64,000 nucleotides of DNA, taken from assembly GCA_963769885.1 (NCBI GenBank), contig CAVYNH010000004.1, positions 32,001 through 96,000 of the forward strand, in the 5' to 3' direction. The number at the start of each line of letters is the position of its first letter. Position 1 is the first letter of the stretch. Under the pieces are notes generated by a model that searched no databases, was not told the DNA's origin, and was given only the letters and a program-made list of their open reading frames with translations. Both the position numbers and the translations under genes were made by a program. This document shows, piece by piece, positions 30,580 through 39,628 of this stretch. The DNA is from Methanobacteriota archaeon. Its GTDB lineage: Archaea > Thermoplasmatota > E2 > DHVEG-1.

Positions 30580-32460
30580 ATGCAAGGAATAACGCAATCA
30601 AGAAAAGACCCGCAGCGCAAAAAACTCAGACTCGCCGCCATTTTCCCAATACTCTTCCTGATGCTTGCGACTATCCCCTTGGTCGCAGCGGACACCGCCG
30701 TGTACGTCGACGCGGCCAATACCACCGGGCCGTGGGACGGGACCGCGGACCATCCCTTCCGGAACATCAGCGACGCCACCGCCACCGAAGCAACGACGAT
30801 CTATGTCTCTACCGGCACCTACGCCGAAAACGTCGTCGTCACCCATTCCCAAAGCCTCATCGGCGCCAGCGCCCTCACCACCATCATCGACGGCGGCAGC
30901 CACGGCCATACGGTCTACGCCGCGGGCACCGAGGACGCTGAAATCACCTTCACCCTCTCAGGCCTCACCATCCGGCATGCCGGCATGCACGGATTCGCCA
31001 ACATCGCCTGCTCCCACGTCAACGGCGGCACCATCGAGGACACCACCATCCAAGACTGCCAGGAAGGGGACGGCATCCAGCTCGACCACTGCACCAGCCT
31101 CGCCATCCATGACACCATCATCACCAACTCCTACGTCTCCGGCATCAGCCTCACCCTCTGCTCCACCTGCACCCTCGACCACAACACCATCCGCTACAAC
31201 CAGAAAGGCATCAGCATCAGCTACTCAGTCGCGAACCTCATCACCGACAACACCATCTCCAAGAATACCATCTACGGGGTTTACCTCTTCCAGTCATCAC
31301 AGAACCAGTTCTCCCAAAATACCTTTTCCATGAATGGACAGCCCGCGAGTGACCCCTGTAGCAACACCTGGTCCATCAGCCAGCAGGGTAACTCCTGGGA
31401 TGATTACGGTGGCGTTGACGCTAACCATGACGGCATCGGCGACACACCCTACCCAATCCCCGGCGGGTCAAACACGGATAACTACCCCCTTGGAGTCTTC
31501 CAGACTGCCCCCTCGCAAGGCAGCGACAACACACCCCCCACCGTGCTCTCAATGACCATCACGCCCTTGGAAGCCTTTGCCGGCGATCCGGTGTACTTCA
31601 GCGGCGAGGGACATGACACTGACGGGATCATCGAAGGATACTGCTGGCGGTCCAATCTCGACGGTCAATTCAGCACCAGCAAGACTGCCACTTTGACGAC
31701 GCTTTCGGTCGGAGTACACACGATTTCCTTTAAAGTCCAGGATGACGACGGGGACTGGTCGTCCCTGCAGACCGGCACCCTGACCATCAGGGCGAATCCC
31801 GCTGCGGTCATCGACTCTGTCTCACCTTTGACGGCGCTCGTCCATCAAACGGTCGCCTTCCAGGGCCACGCGGAGAACGCTGAAGGGCTTGATGTCCAGT
31901 ATCAATGGACGTCCTCGCAGGACGGCGTGCTCAGCTCTGAGGCAGCATTCACACGATCGAATCTCACCAACGGAGTCCATACCATCTCGCTACGGATCCG
32001 TGCCCAGGGCCATGAATGGTCGGCGCCAGCCACGACTCTGTTGACAATCCAATACCTTGACCCGGATAATAGGACGGTGGTCGCCGATGCCGGTGGCCCG
32101 TACCATGGCTGCATCGGGGAGCCGATTCTGTTCAACGCCTCAAAGAGCAGCTCGAGTGTTAGAGAGAATCTCAGTTATCTCTGGGATTTCGGCGACGGGG
32201 CGACAGGGTCGGGCCGGACCGCGTCCCATGCGTACGCGACCCCCGGGGAATACAATGTCACATTGACGGTGTCCGCCTCAAATGATGTCGAGGTATCAAC
32301 GACGCAGGCTGCCGTCTTGGAATCAGGGTCACACATGGTCCCCTCTGGGTCGTCTCAAGGTTCGCTTCCCCTCTCGCCGTTGGTCTTGGGTGTCCTTGGC
32401 CTTGGCGTGGCTATCCTTGCCACAGCAGTAGGCCTAATGCTGTGGCGTCGGCGATCCTAG
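30580..32460 (+). CDS. Membrane-anchored surface protein: DUF1565/NosD beta-helix plus PKD domains
   Basis: Signal peptide, VYVD..N..GPWDGT..HPF, GNSWDDY..DGIGDTPY, WDFGDG, C-terminal TM followed by RRRS. Confidence 0.88.
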   Translation: MQGITQSRKDPQRKKLRLAAIFPILFLMLATIPLVAADTAVYVDAANTTGPWDGTADHPFRNISDATATEATTIYVSTGTYAENVVVTHSQSLIGASALTTIIDGGSHGHTVYAAGTEDAEITFTLSGLTIRHAGMHGFANIACSHVNGGTIEDTTIQDCQEGDGIQLDHCTSLAIHDTIITNSYVSGISLTLCSTCTLDHNTIRYNQKGISISYSVANLITDNTISKNTIYGVYLFQSSQNQFSQNTFSMNGQPASDPCSNTWSISQQGNSWDDYGGVDANHDGIGDTPYPIPGGSNTDNYPLGVFQTAPSQGSDNTPPTVLSMTITPLEAFAGDPVYFSGEGHDTDGIIEGYCWRSNLDGQFSTSKTATLTTLSVGVHTISFKVQDDDGDWSSLQTGTLTIRANPAAVIDSVSPLTALVHQTVAFQGHAENAEGLDVQYQWTSSQDGVLSSEAAFTRSNLTNGVHTISLRIRAQGHEWSAPATTLLTIQYLDPDNRTVVADAGGPYHGCIGEPILFNASKSSSSVRENLSYLWDFGDGATGSGRTASHAYATPGEYNVTLTVSASNDVEVSTTQAAVLESGSHMVPSGSSQGSLPLSPLVLGVLGLGVAILATAVGLMLWRRRS

Positions 32461-32515
32461 CTGGTTTGGGGAAACGTATAAGGAATAGGTCTGAGATATG
32501 GGAAGGCGAGGAGAG

Positions 32516-33388
32516 ATGATGCGCTCTATTCGGAAGGTGCGGAATTCCGCGGTTGCGGGAGTCATCGAGGCACTGCTGTTAGTCGGTCTGGTCGCGATCA
32601 TCATTTCCATGATCCAGCTGGTCTACATCCCTCAGGTCATGGAGCAGCGGGAGGCGGATCACATGGATCAAGTCTTCAATCAACTGTCTCAGTTGAAAGC
32701 GATGGTCGATGTCCAGATGATGACGAAGTCGTCCTCACCAATTTCCTCGACCCTGACCTTGGGGAGTCCGAAGCTGCCGTACTTCCTGACAGTGCAATCA
32801 GTGGGCCGTTTGGCGTACGAGAATGAAACCAGCTCGAATATCACCGTGTACAACTCGGTGACCCCTGTTAGAGTGGTTCTACCGTCTTTGCAGTATTTGG
32901 GTGAGAATTCGTATTTCGTGAATCAGGAGTACGTGCTGGAGGGCGGCGGGATCATTGTGAATCAGGATGAGGGGGGCTCGGTGATGCGGGCGAATCCTTC
33001 AATCGATGTCCAGAATGAGACCTATACTATCGTCGTTAATTGGACGTTCCCGTATTTCAGTGGCGTCGAAGGGAAGACGCAGACGGAAGGCCTAGGGAGA
33101 TGCTGCGTTCGGACGAATTTTTCCTCACTGTTGCCGCCGCAGAGCTTTACCATTCATCCAGGAGGGTTTTTCAGGATCTATACGAAATACGACGCTGCCT
33201 GGAACAAGACGATGCATGATTTCTTAGGGATCTATGAGAAGAACGGGTACATTACGATTTATAGCTACGATGCAGAACCGAGGAACTATGTCGAGGTTCA
33301 TGTCAGCCTGTTAAGCTCAAAGGATGTTTTCTTGGAGTTGCATCCGATGGTCATTAAGGTTCAAATCGGTCCAGGGTGGATTGAATAG
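32516..33388 (+). CDS. Archaeal type IV pilin-like protein (class III signal peptide)
   Basis: RKVRNSA|VAGVIEALLLVGLVAIIISMIQLVYIP followed by E..H..V; beta-rich remainder. Confidence 0.65.
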   Translation: MMRSIRKVRNSAVAGVIEALLLVGLVAIIISMIQLVYIPQVMEQREADHMDQVFNQLSQLKAMVDVQMMTKSSSPISSTLTLGSPKLPYFLTVQSVGRLAYENETSSNITVYNSVTPVRVVLPSLQYLGENSYFVNQEYVLEGGGIIVNQDEGGSVMRANPSIDVQNETYTIVVNWTFPYFSGVEGKTQTEGLGRCCVRTNFSSLLPPQSFTIHPGGFFRIYTKYDAAWNKTMHDFLGIYEKNGYITIYSYDAEPRNYVEVHVSLLSSKDVFLELHPMVIKVQIGPGWIE

Positions 33389-33412
33389 GCGCAAACCTGG
33401 AACGAGCCTTGT

Positions 33413-34192
33413 ATGAGCGAGGTAATAACGGAGAAGAATGAGCAGGAGGTTGTCCTGCGGACCCGCATTCCCGGGTTTGATGAGTTGTTCGCAGAGGGCG
33501 GCATCCCTCGGCATAACGCGGTCCTCATCGCGGGGGGGACGGGGACGGGGAAGAGCACGTTCTGCCGCCAGGTCTGTTTCAACCTGGTGAGCGCGGGGCG
33601 GCACTGCATGTACGTCAGCTTCGAGGAGAGCACCGAGAAAATCGTACGCAGCATGACCGCGTTCGGGTGGGATGCGAAGGCGTACGTGGACAACGGTTCG
33701 CTGCTGATCCAGAAGATTAACCCGTTGGATATCCTGCGGATGAAGTTTGGGTCGGTGAGCGGGACCGGGTCGGCGACGGAGCTATCGTATAAGATCAAGC
33801 CACTGATCATCCCGAAGGGTTTCAACCCGGAGCTCATTGTCGTCGACTCCCTGACCGCGATCATCTCCGCGTCAATCAGCAAGGAGAAGAACTATCGGGT
33901 GTACCTGCAGCAGCTGTTCAGTTTCTTTGAGGAGACGGGGGCGACATCGTTTTTGATTACGGAGACGGAGCCGATGCCGACGCGGTTCAGCGAGACCGGC
34001 ATCGAGGAGTTCCTCGCAGATGGGATCCTGGTGTTATATAATATTCAGCGGGGGGACCGTCGGGAGAACGCGGTGGAGGTGTTGAAGATGCGGTACTCGC
34101 AGCATCAGAAAAAGGTGTTTCTGCTGGAGATAAATAGGGAGGGGATCCGGGTGTATCCGGACCGCCAGGTGATCCTGCCGTCTTATAAATAG
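33413..34192 (+). CDS. KaiC/RAD55-like single-domain ATPase
   Basis: TRIPGFDEL..GGIP, GGTGTGKS, VSFEE, VVDS, EFLADG and LKMR motifs. Confidence 0.92.
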   Translation: MSEVITEKNEQEVVLRTRIPGFDELFAEGGIPRHNAVLIAGGTGTGKSTFCRQVCFNLVSAGRHCMYVSFEESTEKIVRSMTAFGWDAKAYVDNGSLLIQKINPLDILRMKFGSVSGTGSATELSYKIKPLIIPKGFNPELIVVDSLTAIISASISKEKNYRVYLQQLFSFFEETGATSFLITETEPMPTRFSETGIEEFLADGILVLYNIQRGDRRENAVEVLKMRYSQHQKKVFLLEINREGIRVYPDRQVILPSYK

Positions 34193-34413
34193 GTGTAGGG
34201 TTCTTTGTGGTCGTCGAGGCGTTTGACGTTGAAGGTGGTGAGGAGCGCCTCGAGGGCTTTGACCTGTTGTTTGGACAGACCGATGCGGCGGATGAGGATG
34301 TTGTCGTACTCGTCGTAGATCGTGAGGGTGCCGGCCTCGTGGTTAGAGATGGCCTTGAGGATTCGGTAGTTCTGCACCCAGATCCAGATTTTGATGCTGT
34401 GGTTCTGTGCCAT
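34183..34413 (-). CDS. Small hypothetical protein, paralog of 30161..30421
   Basis: Aligns with 30161..30421 over about 60 aa; lies between the two KaiC-like genes. Confidence 0.8.
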   Translation of the reverse strand: MAQNHSIKIWIWVQNYRILKAISNHEAGTLTIYDEYDNILIRRIGLSKQQVKALEALLTTFNVKRLDDHKEPYTYL

Positions 34414-34558
34414 GGGAATCTGTCCCTGTCTTCTTAATTATATGTTCGGCTTTATAAATATATAAATATTTTCATAAAAATTAATATAAACCGTGCGACA
34501 GGCTCGCAGACTCGGTGATAAATTAATTATACGTGCAGGCCGATACCAGACCCTGAGG

Positions 34559-35326
34559 ATGGATGCCATGACACTCCTGCAAACAGATAAAAAGCCAACC
34601 GGCACCATGACCCAACGCATCAAAACCGGCGTCCCAGGGCTCGACCAGCTCCTGTCAGGCGGCTTCCCCAAACAAACCATCACCCTCGTCAGCGGACCTC
34701 CCGGCAGCGGCAAGTCGATCCTCTGCTACCAGTTCATCGCCCAGGGCGTTGCCGACGGCCACAAATGCCTCTACCTCACGCTGGACAAGAAGATCGAAGG
34801 CCTCCTCACCCAGGCCAACGAACTCGGCCTCAACTTCCAGCAGGCCATCGATAATGGTCAGGTCAAGTTCCTCTTCCTCAACATCAACAAGAAGCTCATC
34901 TACGAGACCATGGTCAACGAGATCCTCTCGGGTAAATACGACCGCATCGTCCTAGACTCCATCACACCGCTCTCCGAGATGCCGATCTACATCAACAACC
35001 CCGAGTTCGCCAGCGACCTCAGCAACGTCGACCCTGAAGAGCTCGCCAGTGGCAACTTCCCGGTCCGCCGCCTCCATCTCCATTACATCATGAACGCCTT
35101 GGAGACCTCCGGCTGTACTGCGGTCATCACCAGCGAGCTGCCTGCCGGTTCTAACCATATGTCCCGTGACGGCCTCTCGGAGTTTCTCGCCGACGGCGTC
35201 ATCGTCCTGAGCCTTGACCCGACCATGGACCGCCGCAAGCTCGCAGTCTTGAAGATGCGCAGCACCAAGCACACGCTGAAGCCGCAGGACATGCAGATCG
35301 ACAAGGGCGGCATCCGCCTCGGCTGA
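34559..35326 (+). CDS. KaiC/RAD55-like ATPase with degenerate EE motif
   Basis: KTGVPGLDQLLSGGFP, GPPGSGKS, TLDK in place of SFEE, VLDS, EFLADG and LKMR; start uncertain. Confidence 0.9.
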   Translation: MDAMTLLQTDKKPTGTMTQRIKTGVPGLDQLLSGGFPKQTITLVSGPPGSGKSILCYQFIAQGVADGHKCLYLTLDKKIEGLLTQANELGLNFQQAIDNGQVKFLFLNINKKLIYETMVNEILSGKYDRIVLDSITPLSEMPIYINNPEFASDLSNVDPEELASGNFPVRRLHLHYIMNALETSGCTAVITSELPAGSNHMSRDGLSEFLADGVIVLSLDPTMDRRKLAVLKMRSTKHTLKPQDMQIDKGGIRLG

Positions 35327-35349
35327 CCCAGTTCCCCTGTTGATCTTAC

Positions 35350-35817
35350 ATGCTGCACTATCGGCCTCCGAAGGAACTGCGCGCCCTCTTCATCGTCCAC
35401 TATGCGCCGCTGATCCTCATTATCCTGACGGGGCCGCTCACCGCGTTCTACAGCGTCTTCAAATTACCGACGCCGATGCTGCCGACGATCCTCGCCGGCG
35501 TGATCTTATTCCTCGCCGCGGCCTATGTCTACTTCAAATGGGAGTTCTTCTGGTACCGTGAATACCATGGGCAGCTGGTGACCGGTGGCATCTTCCAGAG
35601 AATCCGGCATCCGCACTACACCTCGATCCTGATCGCCGGCTACGGCCTCGCGATTTTCTTCTACTCTCTCTTCGCGCTGGTTGTCGCGACCATCGCAATC
35701 CCGATCATGATATGGAGCATCGTGGACGAGGAGAAGCTCCTGGTGCGCCAGTACGGGGAGGATTACCGGCGGTACATGAAAGAGGTGCCCTGGCGGATCA
35801 TCCCCTACCTCTTTTAG
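35350..35817 (+). CDS. Isoprenylcysteine carboxyl methyltransferase/PEMT-family protein
   Basis: LVTGGIFQRIRHPHY, EEKLL..YGEDY..Y...VP.RIIP motifs. Confidence 0.88.
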   Translation: MLHYRPPKELRALFIVHYAPLILIILTGPLTAFYSVFKLPTPMLPTILAGVILFLAAAYVYFKWEFFWYREYHGQLVTGGIFQRIRHPHYTSILIAGYGLAIFFYSLFALVVATIAIPIMIWSIVDEEKLLVRQYGEDYRRYMKEVPWRIIPYLF

Positions 35818-35827
35818 GAAAAATTGT

Positions 35828-36871
35828 TTATTGGACTTTGAACCAGCCGCGGCGCCGCATGATCATGTAGATAAACACCGAGGACAGGACCGTAGAGATT
35901 ACAAGAATCGTCAGCGACACATGCCAGTCGAGAAAATTGAACGTCGGCATCCCGAAGATCGTCGCCAGCGTGTTGGGGACCATAACGACGGTCGCCAGTA
36001 CCGCCAGCCACGCGGCGAGGAACGCGAGCCGATTGTTCAACATCTGCAGCTGGTTATTGTAAATCGTCTGCAGCACCTCAAGACCCGAGGCCAGCACCTC
36101 ACTCATATGCTCGGCCAAGGAGATGTTCCGTGAGATATCATCGCCGAGGATCCCGATACGCTGCAGGAGCTTAGGGCTGTCCGTGATGAGCTCCGCGTCT
36201 CCGTACCGCAGGGAGTTGACGACATCGAGGGACGCCCACAGCGTGTTGAGGTACATGATGAGCCCGTGTTTCATCTTGTAGATGTCGTTGCCGATCTCGA
36301 CGCGGGGGGCATGGATGTCGACCATGTACTTGCCGAGCTCGTCACCCTCCTCCTCGATCGCCCGTAGGCCCATGAAGTTGCGCTCGTTGTTCTCGTCAAG
36401 CAGGCGGGTGACCAGGACCGTGATCTTGTCATTGGAGGGAAGGTCTTTTTTGATCTTCTTCATGAAGATGTCGGCGTACCGGTACAGCTTCTCTAGCCGC
36501 ACAACCTCCTGAGGGTGGATCGTGACGACTAGGTTCTTCCGTATGAGGATTAGCAAGGGGTAGACGTTCACCTCGAACTCATGGACCCGGATCGCCGGTA
36601 TCATCAGCCCTAGCTCGTACTCGTTGTCCTCGTAGGCCGAGAACCGGTTCGACAGAATCGTGGTGACGAGCTGCTCGCTGAACTTCAACGACGAGGCGAT
36701 CGCCAGGCTGTCCTTGAGGATGTCAGAAACCGAAAAATCCATCCATTCCAGTTCTTCCTCGTGCAGAAGGCTGGTGATCTCCGTGAAATCATCACTCTCA
36801 ATCTTTTGCGCACCCTGAGCAGACAGTGAGACGTAAAATGCCTTCTTGGTGTTCTTCTCAGCCTCCCCCAT
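35828..36871 (-). CDS. corA: CorA-family divalent cation transporter
   Basis: Soluble N-domain, two C-terminal TM helices, FGMP (GMN-like) loop. Confidence 0.82.
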   Translation of the reverse strand: MGEAEKNTKKAFYVSLSAQGAQKIESDDFTEITSLLHEEELEWMDFSVSDILKDSLAIASSLKFSEQLVTTILSNRFSAYEDNEYELGLMIPAIRVHEFEVNVYPLLILIRKNLVVTIHPQEVVRLEKLYRYADIFMKKIKKDLPSNDKITVLVTRLLDENNERNFMGLRAIEEEGDELGKYMVDIHAPRVEIGNDIYKMKHGLIMYLNTLWASLDVVNSLRYGDAELITDSPKLLQRIGILGDDISRNISLAEHMSEVLASGLEVLQTIYNNQLQMLNNRLAFLAAWLAVLATVVMVPNTLATIFGMPTFNFLDWHVSLTILVISTVLSSVFIYMIMRRRGWFKVQ

Positions 36872-37058
36872 GGTGGGCTTCCCCTAGTGAAATCTGACCC
36901 TACATCGGCCCACACCATTTAAAGGCTGCGAAAGTATCACACCATGCGCCCTGCCATTTTTCAAATGAACCGGCGTGTTCCTTCCATCCGATGCGTTTTA
37001 TATTTGACAAAACTATTAATATACATATGACCCTAGATTCCTCTCATAGAGGACATCG

Positions 37059-38828
37059 ATGAAACGCAAGAATCTCAGGGGCTCCACCGGCATCCGATTC
37101 ATAGCGTCGTCCCTCGTCCTACTATTCCTCACCTCACCCTGCGTCTCACTCTGTTCTTCCAAAGTGATCAGCATGAACCCATCGATGACCGTGGACGGCC
37201 GGATCTTGTACGCACCCATGGATTCCCAGGCAACGTATTTGATCAACAGCGACGGCAGCGTGAACCACATCTGGCTCAGCCAGTATTTCCCCGGGGAGAT
37301 GGTCCGCTGGCTCGGCGACGGCTCCATCCTTCGCACCATCAAGGTCAGCCTATCCGGTGTCGGCGGCTCCGGCGGAGGCATCCAACGAGTAACATGGGAC
37401 GGGTCCGTCACCTGGGACTACCGATATAACACCGAGCAAAACCTCAGCCACCACGACATCATGCCGCTGCCCAACGGCAACGTGCTCATGATCGCCTGGG
37501 AGAAAAAAACCCGCACCGAAGCAATCGCCGCCGGCAGAAACCCAGCCACTATCACCTCGGACACCTTCATGCCGGACCACCTCATCGAAGTCAAACCCAC
37601 CGGCCCCACCAGCGGCCAGATCGTCTGGGAATGGCACGTCTGGGACCACCTCATCCAAGACTACGACCCCACCGCAGCCAACTACGGCGACGTCGCCCAG
37701 CACCCCGAACTCATCGACCTCAACTACGGCATCATCGACCCCCTCCTCTCCGACTGGCTCCACACCGACTCCATCGACTACAACCCACAATTCAACCAAA
37801 TCCTCCTCAGCGTCCACAACTTCAACGAAATCTGGGTCATCGACCACAGCACCACCACCCAGCAGGCCGCAGGCCACACCGGCGGCCGCAGCGGCAAGGG
37901 AGGCGACCTCCTCTACCGCTGGGGCAACCCCCAGGCCTACCGGGTAGGCACCGCAGCCGACGACCAGCTCTTCGGCCAGCACGACGCCGCCTGGATCAAG
38001 CCGGGCTACCCCGGCGAAGGAGACATCCTCATCTTCAACAACGGCTTCAACCGCCCCACCGGCATCTTCTCCACCGTCGTAGAAATCATCCCCCCGGTCA
38101 ACGAAACCGGGGTGTACACGTTGCAGCCTGGCGCCGCGTACGGACCGGACGCCCCAATCTGGAGCTATGAGGCCGATCCCCCCGCCAGCCGCTACTCCGG
38201 GCTGTTCTCCGGCGCCCAACGGCTCACCGACGGCAACACCTTGATCTGCGATGGAGCAGCCGGACGATTCTTCGAAGTCACCCCCTACGGCGACACTGTC
38301 TGGGAATACCTCAACATGCACCCCAATCCAGTCATGAACAACATTTTCAAAATCGTCTTCATCCCCACCGAGGTACCCAACGGCCCGAATCTTCACTGCA
38401 TCGGAAGCTTCTCCTGGACCAGGATCAGGCCCGGCCAGACCGTCACTGGCAGCTTCCAGGTCCAAAACATCGGCTCATCCGGCTCACGGCTCAACTGGAC
38501 CACCAACACCTCTTCCCTCACCTGGGGGACCTGGTCATGCCAGCCGGCCCACGAGAAGAACCTCTTACCGACGGTCGGCTCGCTTACCGTCAACGTCACC
38601 GTCACCGCCCCCGACCAGGCCCATGGACGTTTCGAGGGATACCTCCGCGTGGAGAACACGCAGGACCCTACCGATTTCGAACTCATCCCCGTCACCCTCA
38701 AAACTCCCGTCATCACACAGCACTTCCCCTTCCTTTGGCAGCTGCTTCACCAGATACTCCAGCGACATCCCCTCCTTGAAAAAATAGCAGATGCCCTCCC
38801 TCAGACATCCAGGCCTTTTTTCAGTTAA
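37059..38828 (+). CDS. Secreted aryl-sulfate sulfotransferase (ASST)-like protein
   Basis: HHDIMPLPNGN, DWLHTDSI, LYRWGNP, QHDA and SGAQRL..GNTLIC motifs; signal peptide. Confidence 0.85.
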   Translation: MKRKNLRGSTGIRFIASSLVLLFLTSPCVSLCSSKVISMNPSMTVDGRILYAPMDSQATYLINSDGSVNHIWLSQYFPGEMVRWLGDGSILRTIKVSLSGVGGSGGGIQRVTWDGSVTWDYRYNTEQNLSHHDIMPLPNGNVLMIAWEKKTRTEAIAAGRNPATITSDTFMPDHLIEVKPTGPTSGQIVWEWHVWDHLIQDYDPTAANYGDVAQHPELIDLNYGIIDPLLSDWLHTDSIDYNPQFNQILLSVHNFNEIWVIDHSTTTQQAAGHTGGRSGKGGDLLYRWGNPQAYRVGTAADDQLFGQHDAAWIKPGYPGEGDILIFNNGFNRPTGIFSTVVEIIPPVNETGVYTLQPGAAYGPDAPIWSYEADPPASRYSGLFSGAQRLTDGNTLICDGAAGRFFEVTPYGDTVWEYLNMHPNPVMNNIFKIVFIPTEVPNGPNLHCIGSFSWTRIRPGQTVTGSFQVQNIGSSGSRLNWTTNTSSLTWGTWSCQPAHEKNLLPTVGSLTVNVTVTAPDQAHGRFEGYLRVENTQDPTDFELIPVTLKTPVITQHFPFLWQLLHQILQRHPLLEKIADALPQTSRPFFS

Positions 38829-39021
38829 AAGAAAAACAGTGAGCGGACCTGTCGGGGTTAAGGTTTTCACGCTTCTGTTGAAAATCTTAACAAACACCCC
38901 TACAACGCGGTTGAATAGTTCGCCTACATTACTCTCTAAAATCTTTCTCTTTTTTCTTTCCTTTTTCTCAATTCTAAATGACCTCTCGTCCGAATTTACA
39001 CCATCTAAGCGCATGATCTAC

Positions 39022-39140
39022 GCTTCAGGCCAGTGGTCTAGTGGTAAATACGGTAGAATAACCGGTGTGTTTATTCGTCGAAAAAGTCAGCGAAATTTTC
39101 CACGGACTTACTAAAACTCTTCTCTTTTTTTCTCCCCTTT
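39022..39140. repeat. Non-coding element, copy A (copy B at 50423-50538)
   Basis: Identical blocks AGTGGTCTAGTGGT and ACGGACTTACTAAAA at a constant 11,400-bp offset. Confidence 0.85.
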
Positions 39141-39189
39141 ATACAAGAGGACTTCTTGATTAAAGGCATAGTGTAACTACACTATTTTG

Positions 39190-39218
39190 AATTGCGGTTA
39201 AGGTCTTTAACCGCAATT
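39190..39218. repeat. Perfect 12-bp inverted repeat AATTGCGGTTAA-N5-TTAACCGCAATT
   Basis: Read directly from the sequence. Confidence 0.85.
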
Positions 39219-39595
39219 ATCCATTATCAACCAGGTCACCAAGGCCATTGACATTTGGATATTTTTCTTGCAAACTTTAATATAGAAAATATGAATAAAT
39301 TAATATTCGAAGAGTCATCCCAATTGTAAAAAAGATAAAGGAGGTGAAACGACGCTCCTCTCATTCGTTGGCGAAGTTGGGCATAGGATCCTTACCATCG
39401 GCCAGCAGGCACTGAAAGCCACGTACACCATCTTGAAATAATCCGGTACTTTCTAATTCAATGCCTTTTCACGCGATATTCATTAGTCCATTGAATAATT
39501 TCCCCTTCCATTCGTTGATAATGCATACCAAGACTATTTCCAAAGCTCCTACAAGAAACAAGAATTATCCTGTCGCTTTTCAAAGATTTTGGAAA

Positions 39596-39628
39596 AGAAA
39601 AAAAGAGAATCAGGCAAAACGCCTGATT
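39596..39628 (-). terminator. Hairpin plus U-rich tract after the S8 gene
   Basis: AATCAGGC-AAAAC-GCCTGATT (39608-39628) followed on the minus strand by a T-run; a related hairpin lies at 50620-50639. Confidence 0.6.

Noticed and set aside
33413-35326. Circadian KaiABC clock
   Set aside because: Single-domain KaiC-like proteins lacking the ST phosphosite pair, and no kaiA or kaiB.
39027-39050. tRNA gene starting GGCCAGTGGTCTAGTGGTA (also about 50427)
   Set aside because: Only a D-arm-like stretch; no anticodon arm, TTCGA T-loop or acceptor 3' strand follows.
39340-39442. Small ORF after a perfect GGAGGTGA RBS
   Set aside because: The appropriately spaced codon is ACG, not a start, and the ~30-codon frame has no other support.
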